Positions 9,771 through 19,746 of a DNA stretch of 64,000 nt are shown here, in pieces. A program made the position numbers and the translations under genes. How positions within the stretch are numbered: position 1 is the first letter of the stretch; every line of letters begins with the position of its first letter. The stretch is taken from contig JAEZAU010000233.1 in NCBI GenBank assembly GCA_023430325.1, positions 11,613-75,612 on the forward strand. The letters are read 5' to 3'. The notes beneath the pieces are model-generated. The model worked only from the letters and a program-made list of their open reading frames with translations. It searched no databases and was not told the origin of the DNA. Source of the DNA: Bacteroidota bacterium. Lineage in GTDB: Bacteria > Bacteroidota > Bacteroidia > Flavobacteriales_F > PHOS-HE28.

Positions 9771-11130
9771 GGTCCGCTCCCGTTACGTCTGCCAGAATTG
9801 CGGTGCCAGCCATACCCAATGGCTGGGCCAGTGCACCCAGTGCAAGGAGTGGAACACCCTCGTGGAAGAGGTGATCGATCGCTCACAAGAGAAGCGTGGC
9901 ATGAGCACAAGCGTACGTGAACGTGATCACCGTCCTGTCCCGATCGACCAGATACCCGCCCAGGACGGTCCGCGCGTCCAATTGAACGATCGCGAATTGT
10001 TGCGTGTACTTGGTGGCGGTATTGTTCCTGGAAGCATCATTCTGCTCGGTGGTGAGCCGGGGATCGGAAAGAGCACTTTGCTCCTGCAGACCGCATTGAG
10101 GAACCCACATTTGCGTACACTCTATGTGAGCGGAGAAGAGAGCGAGCATCAGGTGCGAATGAGGGCTGAACGCCTTCAAGGTGGACAGCTGAGTGATGCA
10201 TGTTTCGTTCTTACGGAGACCAATACGCAGAGCATCTTCAAGCATATCGAAACACTGCAACCCTCATTGGTAGTGATCGATTCGGTGCAGACACTTCATA
10301 CGGCGGTGCTCGATGCAAGCCCCGGAAGTGTTGGCCAGGTGCGTGAATGCACTAGTGAATTGATGCGCTTTGCGAAAACGACATCGATCCCGATCGTTCT
10401 GATCGGTCATATCACGAAGGATGGATCCATTGCAGGCCCGAAGGTGCTGGAGCACATGGTGGATTGTGTGTTACAGTTCGAAGGCGATCGCGATCATGCA
10501 TACCGTTTATTACGGCCACTGAAGAACCGTTTCGGCAGCACCAATGAACTGGGCATCTATGAAATGCAGGGCAGCGGCTTGGCGGAAGTCGAAGATCCAA
10601 GCCAGATACTTCTAGGGCAACGCGATGATCGGCCTAGCGGTGTAGTGGTCGCCGCTACCATGGAAGGAATGCGGCCGCTTCTGATCGAAGTACAAGCGTT
10701 GGTGAGCAGTGCAGTATATGGCACCCCACAACGTAGTTCCACAGGATTCGATCTGCGCAAGCTCAACATGCTGCTCGCGGTAATGGAAAAACGATGCGGC
10801 TTCCGTCTTGGGCAAAAGGATGTGTTCCTGAATCTAGCGGGTGGGTTTCGCGTGGAAGAACCAGCCATCGATCTGGCTGTTGTGTGCGCAGTGCTAAGTT
10901 CCAATGCGGATATAGCCGTACCGATCGATAGTTGCTTCGCTGGTGAGGTCGGGTTGACCGGTGAGATACGTCCTGTACCACGCACAGATCAACGCATCGC
11001 AGAGGCTAAAAAGCTCGGCTTCACGCGCATTTTCGTACCGCGAGGCACGAAAGGTCTGCCGCCATCGCAAGGGATCGAAGTGGTGCAGGTGGGCCGGGTG
11101 GAGGAAGTCCTTCAACATCTCTTCGGCTGA
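9760..11130 (+). CDS. radA: DNA repair protein RadA/Sms
   Basis: N-terminal C4 zinc finger (CQNCGASH...CTQCKEW), Walker [15 protein letters not shown] motif, Lon-like C-terminal domain. Confidence 0.95.
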   Translation: MAAKVRSRYVCQNCGASHTQWLGQCTQCKEWNTLVEEVIDRSQEKRGMSTSVRERDHRPVPIDQIPAQDGPRVQLNDRELLRVLGGGIVPGSIILLGGEPGIGKSTLLLQTALRNPHLRTLYVSGEESEHQVRMRAERLQGGQLSDACFVLTETNTQSIFKHIETLQPSLVVIDSVQTLHTAVLDASPGSVGQVRECTSELMRFAKTTSIPIVLIGHITKDGSIAGPKVLEHMVDCVLQFEGDRDHAYRLLRPLKNRFGSTNELGIYEMQGSGLAEVEDPSQILLGQRDDRPSGVVVAATMEGMRPLLIEVQALVSSAVYGTPQRSSTGFDLRKLNMLLAVMEKRCGFRLGQKDVFLNLAGGFRVEEPAIDLAVVCAVLSSNADIAVPIDSCFAGEVGLTGEIRPVPRTDQRIAEAKKLGFTRIFVPRGTKGLPPSQGIEVVQVGRVEEVLQHLFG

Positions 11131-11134
11131 AAAG

Positions 11135-11164
11135 AAAAAGGCCGCGATCGGATCGCGGCCTTTT
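11135..11164. terminator. Bidirectional hairpin (AAAAAGGCCGCGATC-G-GATCGCGGCCTTTT) between convergent radA and the giant T9SS cargo gene
   Basis: 14-bp perfect inverted repeat with flanking A/T runs directly after the radA stop. Confidence 0.7.
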
Positions 11165-11182
11165 CTTCACTGAAGGTTCTCG

Positions 11183-14100
11183 TTATTGGAGCACCAGGCG
11201 TCCCATCATCACACGATCATTGATGATCACGCGATACATGTAGACTCCTTTGGCACGGGACGATGCATCCCAGGTGATCTTCTTCTCTTCACCCACTGTC
11301 ACCACGCCATTGAAGAGCTGTTCGATCTCCAAGCCATCTGCAGAGAGGATGTCGACGGTCATCTTTCCGCTCTCGCGAATCTCCGCGATCGAGATCGTGG
11401 TCATGTTGATGAACGGGTTCGGATAGGCAGTGGTGTTCGCGGAAACAAGCTCAGGTTTCTCTCTGCTCTCGGTCGCCACAGGAGTACCTGGCATGGTGGC
11501 GGGCTCCTCCACTACCGGGCACATCAGATAACCACTTGCCATTACGCCATTGGCATAACCCACGTTGATCTGTGCAAGCGCGTTCCGCAACTGGATACGG
11601 TTGTGTACCGAGAAGCAGCCACCGATCTTCTTGTCAGCTTCTTCGATCAACTCGGCCACGGTCATTCCTTCGAATGTTCCGCTCGCGATCACCGCATCCT
11701 TCAGCAGCATGTCGGATGAACTGAATGCGCTGTCCACCTCATCGAAACGAACTGCGAGTTTCAGTGCTACCAATTCACCTGCGAGCGTATTGTCATACCC
11801 CTGACCCGGATCGATCATGTTACCAAAAGGCAGTCGCTGGGACGGGCCGTTCGATGGCAGGAAGTCGGCCACGGCTTCAGCGCTGGTAAGCACCATGGTA
11901 CGGAAACCGCAACCGATCGTAAGATCATCTGGGAACGCATTGTCGAATTGCGCAAGGATCGGCTGGGCCTCCCATGAGTTCTGTGTATGTGTGCGAAGTC
12001 CGACACAAGGTGCGCCATCGAAAGGAGGATCGATCTCTACAGTGCATGATGAATTGCAGCCATTTTGATCGGTGACCACAACTGTGTTCACACCGGAAAG
12101 ATCGGCCTCTACGACAGTTGAATCCAAAGTTGGATCGCTGTTCCAGACGAAGGTATAGTTGCCATCACCGCTCACGGTAACCCCGACGGTACCTGTGGTG
12201 GAATCCGAGAAGCAACTGATCTCAGGTGCAGAGTAGGCCTCCACGTCCACGATCTCGGAGACGGCGACACATCCGCCGTTCTGAACAGCTACTGCATAGG
12301 AACCTTCAGCATCGGCGATCAAGGAATTGCTGTTCGCATTGGTAAGGGGGATCCCATTGAAGGTCCACTGATAGGTATAGTGAGGATCGCTGTCGGTGGT
12401 AAGGCTGATGGAACCACCATCACAGAAACCTGTAGCACCTTCCAGAACGATCTCCGGCTGGGGCATCGAACCAACGTTCACGTTCATCGCCGTGGAAGTA
12501 GCAGAACAACTTCCATTGCTGATCGTCACGTTGTAGGAACCTTCTTCCGAAGCGGAGAAAGTAGATGAGTTGGCACCGGCGATCGATGATCCATTGAAAC
12601 TCCAGGTATATGAAAGACCATTACCTGTGGTGGCCTGCAATAGTACCTCTTGACCCTCACAGAGATCGGTGGGACCTTGGGGCGTGATCGTGGCAACAGG
12701 ACCGTTACTCACATTGATCGCTTGAGGCGCTGATGTATTAGAGCAACTGCCGTTGGAGATCTGTACCGTGTAGTTACCACTTACAGTAGCGTTCATGGTA
12801 TTGGATGTCGCTCCCTGGATCACGTTCCCATCACGACGCCAAACGTAGCTGAGACCCGATCCAGATGGTGCGGTGAGGACCACACTGCCACCTGAGCAGA
12901 AATTGGTGCTTCCGGATGCAACTATGGTCGCTGTTGGAAGGGGCTGAATGCTCACTGTGATGCCCGAAGAAGTGGTCTGGCATCCATTACTGGTAACGCG
13001 AACGGTGTAAACACCATTGCTTGAAGCCACATAACTACTGGCGGTCGCTCCAGATATCGTGACCCCATCCTTACGCCAGTTATAGGTTAGGCCGCTACCT
13101 GTATTGGCATTCAATTGAACACTTCCGCCTGCGCAGAAGGTCGTGGCACCTGCAGCAGTGATCGATGCTGTTGGAGCAGTGGTCGTATTCACCGTGATAC
13201 CCGATGAGGTATTGTAGCAGCTTCCGCTGTATACGCGCACTGTGTAGGTACCTGCTTCGGTCGCAGTGTAGTTGTTCGAGGTTGCACCGCTGATCGATAC
13301 TCCATCCTTTCTCCACTGATAGGTAAGTCCACTGCCGGTGTTGGCATTGAGTTGAACACTTCCGCCTGCGCAGAAAGTGGTTCCACCTGCAGCAGTGATC
13401 GATGCTGATGGAGCAGTGGGCGTATTCACCGTGATACCCGATGAGGTATTGTAGCAGCTGCCGCTGTATACACGCACCGTGTAGGTGCCCGCTTCGGTCG
13501 CTGTGTAATTATTCGATGTTGCACCGCTGATCGATACACCATCCTTTCTCCACTGGTAGGTAAGACCGCTGCCGGTGTTGGCATTGAGTTGAACACTTCC
13601 GCCTGCGCAGAAAGTGGTTCCACCTGCAGCAGTGATCGATGCTGCTGGAGCAGTGGTGGTGCTCACCGTGATACCGGCGGACGTGGCCTGGCAGCTTCCG
13701 CTGTAGACACGCACCGTGTAGGTACCGCTTTCAGTAGCGGTGTAGTTGTTCGATGTTGCACCGCTGATCGATACCCCATCTTTTCTCCACTGATAGGTAA
13801 GTCCACTACCGGTGTTGGCATTCAATTGTACACTTCCACCCACGCAGAACGTAGTAGCACCGGCGGGAGTGATGGATGCTGAAACATTCGCTGGTGTGCC
13901 TGCACACTGACAGTTGCTGTTCCAGGTATCGTTGATCGTGCACGGATCATTGTCGTTGCAAGGCGTACCAGGCATTGCAGGCCCGTTGGAGACGCCCTGG
14001 CAATCCGGAGTGGAGGTGGATGTACCAGCAGCGGTCGCGATCGAACCCAAGGACAAGTTGTAGTAGCTACCACTGTTGTTCACAGTAAGTTTTACGGCAC

Positions 14101-15763
14101 GCACCATGTACTGCTTGCCCGCTTCGAACGGAATGGATCCGTTGGAATAGGAAGTACCGCTCACGGGATTGCTCGTAAGGCGGGTGATGGCTCCAGTGCT
14201 ACTGAAACGATAGATATGATAGCCGGCCAGACCGCTTTCCGGTGAAGCGCTCCAGGCGAAGGCGGCCGTTCCTCCATTGTTGGTGACAGACAGGTTCGTG
14301 GGAGGAGCGATCATCTGCATGCGCAGCGAAGGATCGCCCATCAGTCCAAGGTGAACTTTCCCTATGGAACCCTGCCAGCCTTCAGTGATCGGGGTATACA
14401 GGCTGCTGTTGTTCATGGTGAGCATGACACTGTAGCCGATATTCTCACCCTGACCCATATGATGGAAATACCAGGCCGGAATGCCGGACCAGACGCTTGT
14501 CAATGCATCACCCTTTGCGATCGGCGCGCGCAGGAAGTTGTTCTTATTATCCCAGTCGCCGAAATAGCTTCCGCAGGACATATTGAAAACACCACCCATG
14601 CTGCTGTTGGAAGCATAGTTCTGTGTGGTACCTACGTTGTTGGCACCATTGAAGGTGATCTGCCCGCTCTCATAAAGCTGCGATCCCCCACCGCTGGAAT
14701 AGGTCCACAGATAACTCTCGCCATTCACCAGACTCTGGAACTGGGTTCCGTTCTGGTTCGCATTGGTGATGTTGGATGCGCCGACCAATGGTCCCATGTT
14801 CCTCCAACCCGATCCTGCGAGAGGATTAGCGACCCACTGAAGATTGTCGAACATCAGCGCACGGTTCTGTGGGCTCCATCCTTTGATCTTGAAACTGTGC
14901 GCACGGTTGAGATAGTTGCGGAGGAGTTGTCCTTCGCTTGATGAGAACGCGGTCATGTCATACATGTCCACACGGCCTACCTGCAATTCCAGATCGGAAG
15001 GAAAAGAACTCTGATCGAACTTGCCATCACCCGGAATATTCCTGTTGGCTGAGCGCTGGGCACCGTTGTTGTTCACAGAATTGTCGGTCCAGCTGCCAGT
15101 GAGTTCTCCGTAGTAGCCATCGCAAGGCCACGCACCCACGTGCTCGGAGTGCCCGTCAGGCGCCTGGTTCCCCGAATAGGGAACAGGAACGTGCCCGATC
15201 AAGTACAACGCCTTCACATTTTGAGGATCGCTGTTGTAATGACCTTGGATGATGCTCTTGATGCTGCTGGCACTGGCAGTGCGACTTACATCGGAACGCA
15301 ATACCGCCCAACCATCGGCCTTTAGATCATTCTCAAGCTGGTTGAGCTCGTTCACCATGTTCGGTGCGAGCGTATTATCCACCAGCAGGATCATCTTTCC
15401 GCGATAATCCACGGGTTGCACTTCGATACCGCTGGCGATGTAACCTGTACCGGTAACACCATTGGACACGCGCACCACCTTGTATTCATAGGCGGTGCCT
15501 ATAGATACTCCGTAGTCCTGATAGGAAGTGGACGATGACGATGGGTTCGCGATCGAACTACCCCATGAACTCGATGTCTTCAGTTTACGGTAGATCGAAA
15601 TTGAACTGGTATTGCTCACAGAAGTCCAGTTCAACGTAATGGAGGGAGGGTTGCTTTGTACGGTTGCGCTGAGCAGTACTGCAGCCCGTTGGGAGGAGGT
15701 CTGTGCCAGAAGCTGGAAAGAGCTTACGAGACAGGCGAGAATTAGGAAGGTCCGATTCATCAT
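11183..15763 (-). CDS. Giant secreted T9SS cargo protein (about 1526 aa): signal peptide, FN3-like region, large N-terminal domain of unknown function, Cys-rich linker, 7 tandem Ig-like repeats, C-terminal domain, T9SS type-A sorting domain
   Basis: Signal peptide MMNRTFLILACLVSSFQLLAQ; seven ~79-aa repeats (…TTFCAGGSVQLNANTGSGLTYQWRKDG…); last ~80 aa (KITWDASSRAKGVYMYRVIINDRVMMGRLVLQ) match the T9SS type-A C-terminal sorting-domain pattern. Confidence 0.8.
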   Translation of the reverse strand: MMNRTFLILACLVSSFQLLAQTSSQRAAVLLSATVQSNPPSITLNWTSVSNTSSISIYRKLKTSSSWGSSIANPSSSSTSYQDYGVSIGTAYEYKVVRVSNGVTGTGYIASGIEVQPVDYRGKMILLVDNTLAPNMVNELNQLENDLKADGWAVLRSDVSRTASASSIKSIIQGHYNSDPQNVKALYLIGHVPVPYSGNQAPDGHSEHVGAWPCDGYYGELTGSWTDNSVNNNGAQRSANRNIPGDGKFDQSSFPSDLELQVGRVDMYDMTAFSSSEGQLLRNYLNRAHSFKIKGWSPQNRALMFDNLQWVANPLAGSGWRNMGPLVGASNITNANQNGTQFQSLVNGESYLWTYSSGGGSQLYESGQITFNGANNVGTTQNYASNSSMGGVFNMSCGSYFGDWDNKNNFLRAPIAKGDALTSVWSGIPAWYFHHMGQGENIGYSVMLTMNNSSLYTPITEGWQGSIGKVHLGLMGDPSLRMQMIAPPTNLSVTNNGGTAAFAWSASPESGLAGYHIYRFSSTGAITRLTSNPVSGTSYSNGSIPFEAGKQYMVRAVKLTVNNSGSYYNLSLGSIATAAGTSTSTPDCQGVSNGPAMPGTPCNDNDPCTINDTWNSNCQCAGTPANVSASITPAGATTFCVGGSVQLNANTGSGLTYQWRKDGVSISGATSNNYTATESGTYTVRVYSGSCQATSAGITVSTTTAPAASITAAGGTTFCAGGSVQLNANTGSGLTYQWRKDGVSISGATSNNYTATEAGTYTVRVYSGSCYNTSSGITVNTPTAPSASITAAGGTTFCAGGSVQLNANTGSGLTYQWRKDGVSISGATSNNYTATEAGTYTVRVYSGSCYNTSSGITVNTTTAPTASITAAGATTFCAGGSVQLNANTGSGLTYNWRKDGVTISGATASSYVASSNGVYTVRVTSNGCQTTSSGITVSIQPLPTATIVASGSTNFCSGGSVVLTAPSGSGLSYVWRRDGNVIQGATSNTMNATVSGNYTVQISNGSCSNTSAPQAINVSNGPVATITPQGPTDLCEGQEVLLQATTGNGLSYTWSFNGSSIAGANSSTFSASEEGSYNVTISNGSCSATSTAMNVNVGSMPQPEIVLEGATGFCDGGSISLTTDSDPHYTYQWTFNGIPLTNANSNSLIADAEGSYAVAVQNGGCVAVSEIVDVEAYSAPEISCFSDSTTGTVGVTVSGDGNYTFVWNSDPTLDSTVVEADLSGVNTVVVTDQNGCNSSCTVEIDPPFDGAPCVGLRTHTQNSWEAQPILAQFDNAFPDDLTIGCGFRTMVLTSAEAVADFLPSNGPSQRLPFGNMIDPGQGYDNTLAGELVALKLAVRFDEVDSAFSSSDMLLKDAVIASGTFEGMTVAELIEEADKKIGGCFSVHNRIQLRNALAQINVGYANGVMASGYLMCPVVEEPATMPGTPVATESREKPELVSANTTAYPNPFINMTTISIAEIRESGKMTVDILSADGLEIEQLFNGVVTVGEEKKITWDASSRAKGVYMYRVIINDRVMMGRLVLQ
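12240..13900 (-). repeat. Intragenic tandem array of 237-bp (79-aa) Ig-like repeat units; the four units between about 12950 and 13900 are nearly identical at nucleotide level
   Basis: Anchor string GTTGGCATT(C/G)A(A/G)TTG(A/T)ACACTTCC recurs at 13101, 13341, 13578 and 13815, giving a 237-nt period; identical alternative-frame ORFs 13189..13386 and 13426..13623. Confidence 0.9.
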
Positions 15764-16119
15764 GCGGTTTGGAGCATTGCTGTATGTACACACCCTTCCA
15801 GCGTGATCGCTTTGGGATCTGTTCATGACAGGCAATTGTCTGGTTCTTCTTGCGGCTTTGCTCCAGATCGGCATGACCCTCTCTGAAGCGTCCGCGAAAT
15901 TATCCGCGGGGCGCATGTACCTCATGCTCGCTTTCCTTAGACAGACAAGGGATGTAGTCCTTCCAACGGGGTGAGCCTCCCCTTCGCGGAGCGGTCATGT
16001 TCTTTCATCCGGAGACTCAGGCCATTCGTCGGAATTGAGGAGATTTCGACCAATCGGCAGATGATGGGTCCGAGTGAATGGTCCGCTTGCAGCGCGGAGT
16101 GTAGAGGCTCTTCCCCAAG

Positions 16120-16821
16120 TCAAGCTTCACGACTGATCAGCCGGAAACCTTTGCCATGAACGTTGATGATCTCCACCTGGGGATCTTCACGGAGATACTT
16201 GCGCAATTTGGCGATGTATACATCCATGCTTCGTCCGCTGAAATAGCTGTCGTTGCCCCATACTTCCTGCAGGGCGATGGATCGCTCAAGGATCTCATTC
16301 TTTTTGGAGCACAGCAAGCGCAAGAGCTCCGATTCTTTAGTGGTAAGACGCCTTTCAGTGGATGGTGTACGAAGGATCTGCCGGCGCGGATCGAACACGG
16401 AACTTCCTATTTCATAACTGTCGGGTTCTTCAGCTTTGGGTCTCACACCCTGGGTCCGTCGCAGAACGGCATTTACACGAAGCAACAGTTCCTCCATGCT
16501 GAACGGCTTGGTGAGATAATCGTCCGCGCCGGCCTCAAATCCTTTGATCGTATCCTGCTTCATGCTTTTGGCAGTAAGGAATATGATCGGTACGTGCGGA
16601 TCTTTCTGGCGGATCTCCCGTGCCAGCGTAAAGCCGTCCTTCAATGGCATCATCACATCAAGAATAAGCAGATCGAACTTCGAGCCCTCATAAGCCCTCA
16701 TGCCCTGCTGGCCGTCGGTACGCCACTCTACCTCGTAGCCCTTCGCTTTCAGATACCCACTGAGCAGATCGCCCAGATTGGGATCATCTTCCACCAGCAG
16801 CAGTCTGTTGCTCTCTGACAT
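16120..16821 (-). CDS. OmpR-family response regulator (receiver + winged-helix)
   Basis: LLLVEDDPNLGDLL...DLLILDVMMP (receiver Asp pocket), C-terminal trans_reg_C-like (…IINVHGKGFRL); start MSESNRLL overlaps the upstream kinase gene by 38 nt. Confidence 0.85.
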   Translation of the reverse strand: MSESNRLLLVEDDPNLGDLLSGYLKAKGYEVEWRTDGQQGMRAYEGSKFDLLILDVMMPLKDGFTLAREIRQKDPHVPIIFLTAKSMKQDTIKGFEAGADDYLTKPFSMEELLLRVNAVLRRTQGVRPKAEEPDSYEIGSSVFDPRRQILRTPSTERRLTTKESELLRLLCSKKNEILERSIALQEVWGNDSYFSGRSMDVYIAKLRKYLREDPQVEIINVHGKGFRLISREA

Positions 16822-18268
16822 GTTCAAAAGGGATGAAGATGTGGAACGTACTTCCGCGCCCCGGCTCGCTCTCCACCTGGATACTGCCGCCGTGGCGCTC
16901 CACCACGGTGCGCGCATAGCTCAGGCCAAGACCGAAACCTTTGGCGTTATGCAGATCACCGGTGGGCACGCGGTAAAGTTTATCGAAGATCTTGTTCTGT
17001 TCCGATCGGGGAATACCGATGCCATTGTCGCTCACGGAGATCCGAATCCCCTCATCATTGCTCCGGGTGCGTATTGTGATCTTGGGTTCCTGATCGGTAT
17101 ACTTCACCGCATTATCCACCAGATTGTAAAGAACATTCGTAAGGTGGATGCGATCTCCTGTAAGGTGATGGATCTCCGCCCCAAGGTCCAGATCCATTCT
17201 TCCGTTGCGCCGTACCACCTGCATAGAACTGGTGCGTACCACATCCTGAATGACACCATGTACATCCAGATCAACGCGTTTCAGGAGCATCTTTCCACTG
17301 TCAAGAACGGCGCTTTGCAACACGTTCTCTACAAGTGAACCGAGCCGTTTGTTCTCATCGCGGATCATGTTCACGTACTTGCGTGCCTGCTGCTCGTCCT
17401 TCGGTACGGAGGGGTCGGTGATCGCTTCACACGCCAGTGATATGGTGCTGATCGGCGTCTTCAGTTCATGCGTAAGGTTGTTCACCAGATCGTTCCTGAT
17501 GTCATTGATCCGTTTCTGCCGGAAAATGGTACGCATGGTCTGGAAGAACGCGAGCATGATGATAAGGACGAACGCCGCTGAAATGATGATCATCGGCAAC
17601 ATGCTGCGGATCAACATGGCATGTTGCCCGGGAATAAGCACATGCAGATGGAATTCCGGACCCACGATATCATACCTGAAAAGCCTTTCACGGTAGGTCG
17701 ATGCCAGCAGATCCTGCCGTTGATCGGCGTATTCCACCGGAAGCAATATGGTCTCGCCTTCGGCTGTGAATACACCATAGGAATATTCCGGTGGGAGCGC
17801 ATGTGCCTGGAATTCCTCTTTGATCAATCGAGCAAGCACCGCAGGATCCACTCTTTCCTTTATATCATGCTCCCAGCGGGATGAGAGGATGCTGCGTACC
17901 ATTTCCGCTACAAGCTCTTCATGTTCCCTGCGCTCAAGAGGCCATGGATGTTCAACATTGTCGCTATCGCTCTCACCGTAATGCAGCACATCAGATCGTT
18001 TCTCAGTCACGCCTTCCATGTGTGGCCGGCGCAGCGTATCGAGGCGCTGCATAAGGCGCCTGCCTACTTCGTGCTTTTGCAGGAACGGGAATTTCTCCAT
18101 CCGCTCCAGCCTTTCGCTTACCGCAAAGAGCGCGTTGCTCACGCTCTGGGAGAACTGTTCTTCCTTGAGCGCTATATTATTGCGCATCCACAGCACCTGG
18201 ATCACGACAAGACCGATCAACCCCAGGGAAATGCCGATCATCAGCAGGCGTGTGGTCCTACGGTCCAT
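16784..18268 (-). CDS. Sensor histidine kinase (HisKA + HATPase_c) with N-terminal TM/periplasmic sensor
   Basis: H-box HELKTPISTI, N/G boxes (DNGIGIP..., GFGLGLSYAR), TM segment near N-terminus. Confidence 0.9.
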   Translation of the reverse strand: MDRRTTRLLMIGISLGLIGLVVIQVLWMRNNIALKEEQFSQSVSNALFAVSERLERMEKFPFLQKHEVGRRLMQRLDTLRRPHMEGVTEKRSDVLHYGESDSDNVEHPWPLERREHEELVAEMVRSILSSRWEHDIKERVDPAVLARLIKEEFQAHALPPEYSYGVFTAEGETILLPVEYADQRQDLLASTYRERLFRYDIVGPEFHLHVLIPGQHAMLIRSMLPMIIISAAFVLIIMLAFFQTMRTIFRQKRINDIRNDLVNNLTHELKTPISTISLACEAITDPSVPKDEQQARKYVNMIRDENKRLGSLVENVLQSAVLDSGKMLLKRVDLDVHGVIQDVVRTSSMQVVRRNGRMDLDLGAEIHHLTGDRIHLTNVLYNLVDNAVKYTDQEPKITIRTRSNDEGIRISVSDNGIGIPRSEQNKIFDKLYRVPTGDLHNAKGFGLGLSYARTVVERHGGSIQVESEPGRGSTFHIFIPFEHVREQQTAAGGR

Positions 18269-18298
18269 GCAGCGAATCTACCTTAGCGCCCGGCTAGC

Positions 18299-19741
18299 AT
18301 GGAAAAGATCCTGAATTTCATCGATGGCAAGTATGTGGAAGCCACGGGCCGGCAATGGTTGGACGTGTTCGATCCATCCACAGGAAAGGTATATGCTCAA
18401 CTGGTAGATTCCGACCAAACCGATGTGGATACCGCGGTACAGGCTGCGGAAAAAGCATTTCCGGAATGGAACGCCATGGGCCGTGAAGGCCGCAGCAATG
18501 CAATGCTCCGCCTTGCCCAATTGATCGAGGACGACCTGGAAGGGTTCGCCATTGCAGAATCGATTGACAATGGCAAACCGGTGTCGTTGGCGAGAAAGGT
18601 GGACATACCGCGGGCGGTCTCCAATTTCAGGTTCTTCGCCACGGCGATCCTGCACTTCGAAAGCCAGGCGCACTTGATGGATGATGAGGCGGTGAACTAC
18701 ACCGATCGACAACCGATCGGCGTGGTCGGGTGCATCAGTCCATGGAATCTTCCTCTCTACCTCTTCACCTGGAAGATCGCTCCGGCATTGGCCGCTGGCA
18801 ATTGCGTGGTGGCCAAACCCTCAGAAGTGACGCCGATGACCGCATCGCTCCTCGGTAAGCTTTGCACGAAAGCCGGCATTCCGCCTGGAGTGCTCAACAT
18901 TGTACACGGCCTCGGCCCGAAAGTGGGATCGGCCATCACCGCACATCCGAAGATCACTGCCATTTCTTTTACGGGAGGTACGCGCACAGGAGCGGAGATC
19001 GCCCGAACCGCAGCTCCGATGTTCAAGAAACTGAGCCTGGAACTGGGCGGAAAGAACCCGGTGCTCGTCTTCGCGGATTGTGATCTGGATGAAGCCGTTC
19101 GCACCACTGTACTTTCGAGTTTCAGCAACCAGGGACAGATCTGTCTTTGTGGATCGAGAGTGTTCATCGAACAAAGCATCTACGATCGCTTCAAAGAGAG
19201 ATTCATCGAGCGAGTAAGGTCATTGCGGGTCGGCGATCCGAAGCATGACAGGAGCCAGATGGGCGCCGTGGTGAGTGAGGCTCACATGAACAAGATCCTT
19301 GAGTACATCGATCTGGCCCGGACCGAAGGCGGCACCATACTGCATGGTGGTGAGCGGATCTTGATGAAAGGCGAGCATGCCAATGGCTGGTACATCGCTC
19401 CCACTGTGATCGAAGGCCTTACAGCAGATTGCCGCACCAACCAGGAAGAGATCTTCGGCCCGGTGGTCACCCTTCAACCATTCAATACCGAGGAGGAAGC
19501 GCTTCAAATGGCCAATTCAACATTGTACGGTCTGGCGAGCGTGATATGGAGCAACGACATAAAGCGGTGCCATAGAGTGGCAAGAGCGTTGCACGCTGGA
19601 ATGGTATGGGTGAACTGCTGGATGATCCGCGATCTGCGAACACCATTTGGCGGCATGAAGCAGAGTGGTGTGGGCCGCGAAGGCGGTACAGAAGCATTAA
19701 GGTTCTTCACCGAAACGAAGAACATTTGCATCAAGCTGTGA
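18299..19741 (+). CDS. NAD(P)-dependent aldehyde dehydrogenase (ALDH superfamily; semialdehyde-dehydrogenase-like)
   Basis: About 480 aa; ALDH hallmarks (…GGKNP…, catalytic Cys region GQICLCGSR, ELGGK). Confidence 0.85.
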   Translation: MEKILNFIDGKYVEATGRQWLDVFDPSTGKVYAQLVDSDQTDVDTAVQAAEKAFPEWNAMGREGRSNAMLRLAQLIEDDLEGFAIAESIDNGKPVSLARKVDIPRAVSNFRFFATAILHFESQAHLMDDEAVNYTDRQPIGVVGCISPWNLPLYLFTWKIAPALAAGNCVVAKPSEVTPMTASLLGKLCTKAGIPPGVLNIVHGLGPKVGSAITAHPKITAISFTGGTRTGAEIARTAAPMFKKLSLELGGKNPVLVFADCDLDEAVRTTVLSSFSNQGQICLCGSRVFIEQSIYDRFKERFIERVRSLRVGDPKHDRSQMGAVVSEAHMNKILEYIDLARTEGGTILHGGERILMKGEHANGWYIAPTVIEGLTADCRTNQEEIFGPVVTLQPFNTEEEALQMANSTLYGLASVIWSNDIKRCHRVARALHAGMVWVNCWMIRDLRTPFGGMKQSGVGREGGTEALRFFTETKNICIKL

Positions 19742-19746
19742 TGTTC

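Noticed and set aside
13189-13623. Two identical 65-aa minus-strand ORFs (13189..13386, 13426..13623)
   Set aside because: They are alternative-frame read-throughs of the 237-bp tandem repeat inside the giant cargo gene, not independent genes.
15764-16119. 356-nt gap between the response-regulator stop and the giant cargo gene start, examined for ncRNA or terminator
   Set aside because: Only weak 4-5-bp hairpins and no T-tract; nothing beyond a plausible promoter/5'-UTR for the cargo gene.
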